64,000 nucleotides of DNA. It comes from Deltaproteobacteria bacterium (GTDB lineage Bacteria; Desulfobacterota; GWC2-55-46; JAJCZF01). The position numbers were made by a program, and so were the translations under genes. Under the pieces are notes generated by a model, which worked only from the letters and a program-made list of their open reading frames with translations, ran no database searches and had not been told where the DNA came from. Location of the stretch: assembly GCA_029262475.1 (NCBI GenBank), contig JAJCZG010000019.1, forward strand, positions 5,789 to 69,788. Direction: 5' to 3'. Each line of letters starts with the position of its first letter. Within the stretch, counting starts at the first letter, position 1. Shown piece by piece: positions 28,661 through 35,726 of the stretch.

Positions 28661-31348
28661 ATGAGGATGCTCTTTAGTAAAAAACATTATATCTATTATA
28701 CCGCGTCTGTTTTAGCGTCGTTAGTTCTTATCTTCGCTTTCTATGGTTACGGGTTTGCCGAAGTCTCGCCTTCTGCGTCGGGTATCTATCAGGACGGAGT
28801 CTCAAGGCCGCTTGTAACCGCCCTCCGAACGCTAACTCCAGAGAAGCTTCCGGATAATAAATCAGGCGCCACGAGCACCGGGCGCGCCGGGGTGATTAGC
28901 AAAGCGCCGTCAGAGGCCTATGTCGTAAGTGTGACATCGATAAAGGTTCCGGCCAGGGCGGCGGAGTTTACGGAGAGGCTCAAGGCGGCCGGATATAACG
29001 CCTACACCTCCTCGGCGGTCGTAAAGGGCACGAGGTGGCACCGCGTAAGGGTCGGCTTCTTTAAGGACCGCTCCGTAGCTAAGCAGGTTTTAAGTAAGAT
29101 ACGTAAGGCTTACGGCAAGAAGGCCGCTTCGGCCTGGGTCGCCAGAGCACCTGGCACTGAGAGCGCGAAGCACTGGAGCGGCTCCTACGACCTCCCCATA
29201 ACCCCGGCAAACGCAGGGAAGAAGGCTAATACTATTAATAAAGCAGTCTCTTCGTCCGCTCCGGCTGCCAGGGCTGCCAGGGCTGCTAATAACAGACAGG
29301 CCCGGGCAGGGGCTATCCCTTCAGGTAATCCGCGTTTAAGAAATCAGGGGAGAAACAAGGCCGTCGCCAGAAGCGCCAAGCCCTCTAAAAGCAAGTCCCA
29401 ACCTTTAAACGATATGATCACCATAAATTTTATTGACGTGAACATTACGACTCTTGTAAAGTTCATTAGCGATACGACGGGCAGGAATTTCATCTTCGAT
29501 GATCGCCTTCGCGGTAAGGTCACCATAGTGGCCCCCAAACCAATAGGACGGGACAAGGCCTTTGACCTCTTTACTTCACTCCTGGCGTTAAAGGGGTTTG
29601 CTACTGTCAGGAGCGGCGAAGCCTATAAGATTGTTCCCTCCAGTATGGTCAAGCAGAGTTCCATCGATGTCCTTGGTTCGGACGCGCCTCTTCGTGTTAA
29701 CGAGAACTATGTCGCGCGCGTAATAGAGCTTAAGTACGTAAAGAGTTTTGATCTGTTGCCACTAATTAAGCCGCTCGTCTCATCCGATGGATACATATCG
29801 CCATTCGGGCAGAGCAACTCGATTTTAATCCTGGATACATCTCTAAATATCAAGAAGATTTTAGAGATTGTCGATCTTATGGACGTCAAGGGCGACGACT
29901 ATCTTCCGGAGCTAGTCTTCTTAACGCACGCAGACGTTGAGGAAGTTATTGGAATACTGGCCGAGGGGGCGGGGGGAGGAGGCGCCAAGAGGCAGGGCAG
30001 GGGAGCACAGGGGGGCGCCGGGTCCGCAGGCGGAGTAAAATTCCTCAGCGATAAGAGGCTAAACGCCATACTCATATTCGGTACACCTGCCGAGGTCACC
30101 CGTTATAAGGAATTGATCGCCGTCCTCGACGTCCCGTCAAAGGGCGAGAGTTCGAGGATAAACGTCTATTATCTTGAAAATGCGGACGCAACCGAGGTCG
30201 CCACCGTTATAAAGGGGCTTCTAGGCGAGACGACGACAGAGGGTGTAAAGATAAACGCTCCACAGCAGGGCGGCGGCGCGGGTGGTCAGCGCTTCGGCAT
30301 TAACCCCACCGAGCTTACCGGTAAGATAGCCGTAACCCCCGATGCCGCAACCAACTCACTTATCATCATGGCCTCTCTTGAAAGTTACACCGCCTTAAAG
30401 CGTGTAATAAAGATGCTCGACAGGCGTCCGAAGCAGGTTTTTGTCGAAGTGATGATAGTAGAGGTAAGGGTAAACGAGGCCATAAAGCTTGGAAATAAGT
30501 GGCGTACGGGCGGAACCTTCGGCTCGGATAACGTTGCGGTCGGAGGGCTAGGCACCGTCTCGTCCGGAGACATAGCGGGGATACTTACGGGCCTTGCGGG
30601 CTTCTCACTAGGCGTAACAGGAAACGCGATGAGCGTCCCTATAACCGCCGCCGACGGCACCACCAAGATGCTTACGACTCAGGGTTATTCCTTTATCTTC
30701 AACATGAGTGAACTTAAAGACGTTGTAGAAGTACTTAGCACCCCGCATATACTGACGAGCGATAATAAAGAAGCCGAGATCATCGTCGGAGAGAACGTAC
30801 CTTTCCTAAGCGAGATAGAGAGGAGCTCAAGTACCACGAGTCAGCCTCTTATTCAGTCCATAGAGAGGAAGGACGTTGGCATCACACTCAGGATAAAACC
30901 TCAGGTGAGCGAGGGAGATTACGTAAAGCTAGACCTCTACCAGGAGATATCAGCGATCTCGCCGAAATCTCTCGTCGGTGCGTCGGATCTTATTACGACC
31001 AAGCGTTCGGCTAGTACGTCGGTCGTCGTAAAGGACAGGCAGACCGTTGTCATAGGCGGCCTTATCCAGAACCAGGAGTTCGACATAGTAAATAAGGTTC
31101 CGATCCTCGGAAGCCTGCCCATGGTGGGATGGCTCTTCAAGAACAAGGAGACGGAGCATACGAAGACGAATCTCCTGGTATACCTTACGCCTACGATCAT
31201 AGATAATTTCAAGGAACTTGACGAGATCAAGGAGTTGCGTGAAAAGCTCTACGAGCAAGACGGTGGAAAGGTGCCTTCCAGTATTTCAATGAACTCATCC
31301 GAAGGCGAGGGGCAAGCGAAGGTCGATGCCATAGACGAGGAGTTTTAG
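28661..31348 (+). CDS. gspD: type II secretion secretin GspD with an N-terminal SPOR-like peptidoglycan-binding domain
   Basis: Signal peptide (...YGYGFA|EV). SPOR-like block at residues 86-162 (YVVSVTSIKVPARAAEFTERLKAAGYNAY...RWHRVRVGFFKDRSVAKQVLSKIRK). N0 domain from ITINFIDVNITTLVKFISDTTGRNFIFD. Secretin core blocks VPFLSEIERS, VVIGGLIQNQ, KVPILGSLPMVGWLFK. 895 aa. Confidence 0.9.
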   Translation: MRMLFSKKHYIYYTASVLASLVLIFAFYGYGFAEVSPSASGIYQDGVSRPLVTALRTLTPEKLPDNKSGATSTGRAGVISKAPSEAYVVSVTSIKVPARAAEFTERLKAAGYNAYTSSAVVKGTRWHRVRVGFFKDRSVAKQVLSKIRKAYGKKAASAWVARAPGTESAKHWSGSYDLPITPANAGKKANTINKAVSSSAPAARAARAANNRQARAGAIPSGNPRLRNQGRNKAVARSAKPSKSKSQPLNDMITINFIDVNITTLVKFISDTTGRNFIFDDRLRGKVTIVAPKPIGRDKAFDLFTSLLALKGFATVRSGEAYKIVPSSMVKQSSIDVLGSDAPLRVNENYVARVIELKYVKSFDLLPLIKPLVSSDGYISPFGQSNSILILDTSLNIKKILEIVDLMDVKGDDYLPELVFLTHADVEEVIGILAEGAGGGGAKRQGRGAQGGAGSAGGVKFLSDKRLNAILIFGTPAEVTRYKELIAVLDVPSKGESSRINVYYLENADATEVATVIKGLLGETTTEGVKINAPQQGGGAGGQRFGINPTELTGKIAVTPDAATNSLIIMASLESYTALKRVIKMLDRRPKQVFVEVMIVEVRVNEAIKLGNKWRTGGTFGSDNVAVGGLGTVSSGDIAGILTGLAGFSLGVTGNAMSVPITAADGTTKMLTTQGYSFIFNMSELKDVVEVLSTPHILTSDNKEAEIIVGENVPFLSEIERSSSTTSQPLIQSIERKDVGITLRIKPQVSEGDYVKLDLYQEISAISPKSLVGASDLITTKRSASTSVVVKDRQTVVIGGLIQNQEFDIVNKVPILGSLPMVGWLFKNKETEHTKTNLLVYLTPTIIDNFKELDEIKELREKLYEQDGGKVPSSISMNSSEGEGQAKVDAIDEEF

Positions 31349-31423
31349 GAACCCTTTGCCGCAGCTTTAAGCGGACGGAGTGCGTGCGAAGAACCGGCAG
31401 ACCTTTTACTGAGACGATACTAA

Positions 31424-32992
31424 ATGAGCAATGAAGCGGTTAATAGAGCCGGGGCCGGTGTCTCCGAGCAGACTGCGATCCCGAGGCTGGACGCCATCCC
31501 CGATAGCGAGGTTGACGCCTCTCTCGTTGGGAGCCTGCCGCTGAGCTTCGTAAAGTCCAATCTCATCTTCCCGATTAAAAGGGATGGGGACTCGGTAATT
31601 GTCGCCCTCGGCAGCCCGAAGAAGCTCTTCGCCCTCGATGACCTCGCACGCCTCTTTTCGGCGAAGATAAGGCCCGTCCTCGTACCCGAGAGAGAAATCC
31701 TCGACATAATAAATCGACACTACGAGCGTTTTTCGGAGACGGCCCAGGAGGTCGTTGACGAGATAGACGGCGACACCAGCATAGAGTCGATAGCCCACAG
31801 CTTCGAGGGGCCGAAAGACCTCCTTGACCTCACCGACGAAGCCCCGATAATTAAACTTCTAAATACCCTTCTATTCCAGGCCGTTAAGGAACAGTCGAGC
31901 GATATTCATATCGAGCCCTTTGAAAAAAAACTCGAGGTGCGTTTCAGGAAGGACGGCGTTCTTTACCCGATACTTTCCCCGCCAAAGATTGTTCAGGACG
32001 CCCTCATATCGAGGGTGAAGATTATGGGCGGCTTGGATATCGCGGAGAAACGCCTGCCGCAGGACGGGCGCATACGCCTCCTTGCCGGTGGGCGCGACGT
32101 GGACGTAAGGGTATCCATCATTCCGACCTCCTTTGGAGAGCGCGTCGTCTTAAGGCTCCTCGATAGAAAGAGGGGGCTTATCGGCCTTAAAAATGTCGGC
32201 CTCGACCCGGAGCAGGTCACCAAGATGGAGGCGTTACTAAAGCGCAACGAGGGCATAATACTCGTAACCGGCCCTACCGGCTCAGGAAAGACTACCACCC
32301 TTTATTCCGCGCTAAACAGGGTTAATTCCGCTGAGCGTAATATCATCACCGTAGAGGACCCGGTCGAGTACCAGTTAAATGGCATCGGCCAGATGCAGGT
32401 AAACCAGAAGATAGACCTTACATTCGCCGCCGGGCTCCGCTCAATTTTAAGACAGGATCCGGACATTATAATGGTTGGAGAGATCAGGGACGCAGAGACC
32501 GCGAATATGGCGATACAGGCCTCCCTTACCGGACACCTCGTCCTCTCTACCCTCCATACCAACGATGCCGCGAGCGCTGTAACGCGGCTCGTGGACATGG
32601 GCGTGGAGAAATTCCTGATATCCTCGACCCTCACCGCCGTCTTGGCCCAGAGGCTACTTCGTATGCTCTGTAATAATTGCAAGGAGGCGCTCCTCCCGAC
32701 CGACAGGGAGCGGGTGCTCTTTAAGATAGGACAGACTCCAGAGCTACTCTATAAGCCCATCGGGTGCGACGATTGCTTCCATACGGGATACCAGGGCAGG
32801 GTCGGCATCTTCGAGTTTCTTATCCTTGACCAGCCGCTCAGGTCGCTCATCTCCAAGAACCCCGACGCCGTCACCATCAAGGAGTACGCGCTTACTCAGG
32901 GCATGGGAACGCTCCGTGACGACGGTCTCTCAAAGGCAGCTGAGGGGCTTACGAGCATCGAAGAGGTCCTAAGGGTGACGTATATTGACTGA
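31424..32992 (+). CDS. gspE: type II secretion ATPase GspE
   Basis: Walker A GPTGSGKTTT, Asp box, Walker B ILRQDPDIIMVGEIRD, His box LTGHLVLSTLHTND, and a tetracysteine motif CNNC...CDDC. Confidence 0.95.
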   Translation: MSNEAVNRAGAGVSEQTAIPRLDAIPDSEVDASLVGSLPLSFVKSNLIFPIKRDGDSVIVALGSPKKLFALDDLARLFSAKIRPVLVPEREILDIINRHYERFSETAQEVVDEIDGDTSIESIAHSFEGPKDLLDLTDEAPIIKLLNTLLFQAVKEQSSDIHIEPFEKKLEVRFRKDGVLYPILSPPKIVQDALISRVKIMGGLDIAEKRLPQDGRIRLLAGGRDVDVRVSIIPTSFGERVVLRLLDRKRGLIGLKNVGLDPEQVTKMEALLKRNEGIILVTGPTGSGKTTTLYSALNRVNSAERNIITVEDPVEYQLNGIGQMQVNQKIDLTFAAGLRSILRQDPDIIMVGEIRDAETANMAIQASLTGHLVLSTLHTNDAASAVTRLVDMGVEKFLISSTLTAVLAQRLLRMLCNNCKEALLPTDRERVLFKIGQTPELLYKPIGCDDCFHTGYQGRVGIFEFLILDQPLRSLISKNPDAVTIKEYALTQGMGTLRDDGLSKAAEGLTSIEEVLRVTYID

Positions 32993-33017
32993 TCCTTTCC
33001 TAACGGTAATATGAAAT

Positions 33018-34238
33018 ATGTCAGTATTTCGCTATAACGCCTATAACGCCTCCGGCAAGGAGGTCGCAGGCTCCATCGAAGCCAGAAGCTCAAAGGAGGC
33101 GATGGAGCGGTTGAAGGGAGACGGCCTCTTCCCTAAAGAGATCACCTCCGCGTCGGGCTCGGCGCGCCGCACCTTTTCCGTCTCATCTCTCAGAAGAAAG
33201 AAGAAGATAGGGCCCGTTGAACTCGCCTCGGCCACAAGGCAGCTCTCCACGCTCCTTAGCTCGGGGGCGACACTCTTCGACGCGCTCGCCATACTCATAG
33301 AAGAGATAGAGAATAAGAGTTTTACCGACACTCTTACGACGGTCAAGGAAGATGTCTCGGCCGGAAGCACGCTTGCCGGGGCTCTTGCCGCTCACCCGCT
33401 GGTATTCCCGGAGATGTATGTAAGGATGGTCGAGGCCGGGGAGGAGAGCGGCACGCTCGATAGCGTACTCCTTAGGCTCTCGGAGCTCATGGAGGTACGC
33501 GCCGCCATCTCCGAACAGGTGCGCACGGCCTTCATGTACCCAATCGTCGTTACAACGGTCTGCTTCGCCGTCCTGGGGTTTCTCCTCGTATACGTTATTC
33601 CAAAAATAACCAGGGTATTCGAGAATAGCGAGGCAGCGCTCCCGCTTGTTACAGAGGTGCTACTCTTTGTAGCGGCCGCGCTCAAGAATTTCTGGCCGGT
33701 CTTTTTGATAATAGCCTTCGCAGCGTACTTTGCCTACAGGCCGCTTATGCGAAAGCCCGCCTTCAAGGCCGCCGTAGATAGGACACTACTAAGGCTCCCT
33801 TACATGGGCGGTCTCCTCAGGGTCTACTACGCTGCAAGCCTCTCCAGGACGCTCGGGAGCCTTCTCTCCACTGGTGTGCCAATACTTAGGGCCCTTGATA
33901 TGACCGCCAAGGTCTTAAATCAGAATGTCTACAACGGCATACTCGCAAAATCCGAGAAGCAGGTCACGGAAGGCGCGGCCTTATCTAACTCTCTAAGGGG
34001 TACGGGCCAGATTCCAGACCTCCTGGTTCACATGATCAGCATTGGCGAGAGGAGCGGGAAGCTCGACGAGCTGCTCATTAAGGCCGCCGACGCCTACGAA
34101 AAGGATTTCGAGCGATCTATAACCAGGGCGCTCTCCATGCTCGAACCCGCGCTCATAGTCTTCATGGGCGGTATCGTCGGCTTCATAGTGCTCGCGATAC
34201 TCCTCCCGATATTCGAGCTAAATCAGCTTATAAAGTAA
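33018..34238 (+). CDS. gspF: type II secretion inner-membrane platform protein GspF
   Basis: Two T2SF repeats (LSTLLSSGATLFDALAIL; LGSLLSTGVPILRALDM) and EPALIVFMGGIVGFIVLAILLPIFEL. 406 aa. Confidence 0.94.
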   Translation: MSVFRYNAYNASGKEVAGSIEARSSKEAMERLKGDGLFPKEITSASGSARRTFSVSSLRRKKKIGPVELASATRQLSTLLSSGATLFDALAILIEEIENKSFTDTLTTVKEDVSAGSTLAGALAAHPLVFPEMYVRMVEAGEESGTLDSVLLRLSELMEVRAAISEQVRTAFMYPIVVTTVCFAVLGFLLVYVIPKITRVFENSEAALPLVTEVLLFVAAALKNFWPVFLIIAFAAYFAYRPLMRKPAFKAAVDRTLLRLPYMGGLLRVYYAASLSRTLGSLLSTGVPILRALDMTAKVLNQNVYNGILAKSEKQVTEGAALSNSLRGTGQIPDLLVHMISIGERSGKLDELLIKAADAYEKDFERSITRALSMLEPALIVFMGGIVGFIVLAILLPIFELNQLIK

Positions 34239-34239
34239 A

Positions 34240-34773
34240 ATGGAAGTAATGACGGATAAAGAAGACAGTAGGTCTATATATGACTCAAACTCAAAATTAG
34301 TTTTTGAGTTTTTTAAGGTTTTTGCGCGCTTTGAGTACGCACTTAAAAGGACTGATGATTTCTTAACATTTGATCGATACGATAATGCGAAGCCGGATTG
34401 GGATACATTCGCCAAAGAACTAGATTCAAAATTTAAAGAAATAGGTTCTAAATACTTTTTGACGGCCGTCAAATACTTTAAGAGCAAACCTCCCAAAAAA
34501 CAGGTTAAAGATGATGCTAGGTTGCGCTTTAAGGTAGTATCGCCAAGGAAAACAACAGACACCGAGAACATTCTAGAATTAGTGCGACGAGTAAGGAATA
34601 ACCTTTTTCATGGCGGAAAATTCTCAAGTGGTCCAGTTGAAGGCAGCGAAAGGGATGAGACATTAATTAAGCATTCATTGGTTATACTTAGAGAATGTAA
34701 GTCTATAGATGAAGATGTTGAAAAAGACTTCGATGAAGATTTTGAGTACAGTACTTGTTCTTATTTTAAATAG
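34240..34773 (+). CDS. low-GC orphan protein with an R-x4-H (HEPN-like) motif
   Basis: 177 aa. LELVRRVRNNLFHGG places R119-N-N-L-F-H124 at nt 34594-34611. Sampled lines are 28-38% GC, against 57% in the last line of gspF. The ATG lies 1 nt after the gspF stop and no SD sequence precedes it. Confidence 0.45.
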   Translation: MEVMTDKEDSRSIYDSNSKLVFEFFKVFARFEYALKRTDDFLTFDRYDNAKPDWDTFAKELDSKFKEIGSKYFLTAVKYFKSKPPKKQVKDDARLRFKVVSPRKTTDTENILELVRRVRNNLFHGGKFSSGPVEGSERDETLIKHSLVILRECKSIDEDVEKDFDEDFEYSTCSYFK

Positions 34774-34812
34774 GCCGTCCTTACGTCCGGAATATTGCAG
34801 TGCTTAACGGTG

Positions 34813-34833
34813 ACGAACCTTGCGCTTGTGGCG
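34813..34833. repeat. dispersed repeat A, copy 1 (acgaaccttgcgcttgtggcg)
   Basis: Matches copy 2 at 35185-35205 in 20 of 21 positions. Both copies are preceded by ttaacg. Confidence 0.8.
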
Positions 34834-34966
34834 CTTTCGGGTGCGAAGGTCTGCTCCCTTCGGCCCAAAAACCTCAATTTAGTCGCGGGGTAAGACGCCG
34901 CTCCGTAAATTGACCTTGCTTATGGTCGCTGACCCCGCACCCTTGTTATTTTAAAGACAAAATTAA

Positions 34967-35018
34967 AACCGCACTGGTGCGGCCTCTCCCTTGATGCGAG
35001 GCGATATTGGGGAGGGTG
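34967..35018. repeat. double-hairpin repeat B, copy 1
   Basis: The sequence aaccgcactggtgcggcctctcccttgatgcgaggcgatattggggagggtg matches copy 2 in 44 of 52 positions. It contains the hairpin ccgcac-tg-gtgcgg. Confidence 0.8.
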
Positions 35019-35056
35019 CTGTCTTTGCGAGGAGCGTAGCGATGCGGCAATCTCTC
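35019..35056. repeat. palindromic-element fragment of the 'CEERSDAAIS / EIAASLRSSQ' type
   Basis: The sequence is ctgtctttgcgaggagcgtagcgatgcggcaatctctc. From memory, near-identical strings are scattered in intergenic DNA of many anaerobe genomes, where they are spuriously translated as ...HCEERSDEAIS... or ...EIASSLRSSQ. This recollection is unverified. Confidence 0.45.
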
Positions 35057-35131
35057 TTTAATATGAAGATAGCGTGTGTCGCTTAGTACGGAGATAATAT
35101 ACTCACATTCTTTGCGTTGCGCGAATTAAGA

Positions 35132-35161
35132 GCACACTGGTGTGCCCGCTCTGACGAGCGG
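35132..35161. repeat. double-hairpin repeat B, diverged copy 3
   Basis: gcacac-tg-gtgtgc is followed directly by ccgctc-tgac-gagcgg. This is the same two-hairpin layout as copies 1 and 2. Confidence 0.55.
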
Positions 35162-35184
35162 AAGTTTCCCATTTCTTTAACGAA

Positions 35185-35205
35185 ACGAACCTTGCGCTTT
35201 TGGCG
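35185..35205. repeat. dispersed repeat A, copy 2 (acgaaccttgcgcttttggcg)
   Basis: See copy 1 at 34813-34833. Confidence 0.8.
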
Positions 35206-35255
35206 GTAGGGGGAAAGGGTTCATCTTCGCCCATCCATGGGCTCGACCCTTCGGG

Positions 35256-35276
35256 CGGATGAGCTAGGCTCATCCG
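35256..35276. repeat. perfect 9-bp hairpin, cggatgagc-tag-gctcatccg
   Basis: Read directly from the sequence. Further short palindromes flank it: gcccat-cc-atgggc and atttctc-tatcct-gagaaat. Confidence 0.7.
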
Positions 35277-35503
35277 TGCAATTTCTCTATCCTGAGAAAT
35301 TGTCCGCTTCCTTTACCGCCCTAAAAGCGTCGGTTTATTCGCGTCGCTTTGCTCCGCTCTGTAAACCTCCCTCCATCTTATGTCAGCTAAGCCCTATCCC
35401 CCGAGGGGGTTTTTAAAGACTAAAGCAAAGACAAATCCCTATATTACCTCGCGCCGCATTGTGCGCCAGTGCTTGAAGCACTTTCTTTCGCTACGCGTAC
35501 CAG

Positions 35504-35555
35504 AACCGCACTGGTACGTCCCCTCCCTTGATGGGAGGGGATAAAGGGGTGGGTG
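35504..35555. repeat. double-hairpin repeat B, copy 2
   Basis: The sequence is aaccgcactggtacgtcccctcccttgatgggaggggataaaggggtgggtg. It contains a perfect 8-bp stem, cccctccc-ttgat-gggagggg. Confidence 0.8.
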
Positions 35556-35726
35556 AGAGACGCCACCTTTTGCACCTTGTTGCATAAAAAACAAGAAGAA
35601 ATAAACTTTATTAAAAACAGCCATTTATCCCTTTATCCGTGTCATAAATTTCCCATTATCACCCTTTTTATAGTATAATTTAATATTGAACACTTTAGTT
35701 AAATCAGCTAAGAGGATAGGTCTGTC

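Noticed and set aside
34800-35560. Possible degenerate CRISPR array, type III toxin-antitoxin RNA repeats or a retron ncRNA next to the HEPN-like gene
   Set aside because: The repeats have only two or three diverged copies (about 85% identity). Their spacing is irregular (370-540 bp) and they are mixed with unrelated hairpins. No cas gene, reverse transcriptase or regular tandem unit is present. The region is kept as a finding, but only as a REP/MITE-like mosaic or unknown structured RNA.
35439-35624. 61-aa minus-strand ORF inside the repeat mosaic
   Set aside because: Its translation (…GGVSHPPLYPLPSREGTYQCGSG…) is simply the read-through of the GC-rich hairpin repeat B. It has no RBS and its composition is not protein-like.
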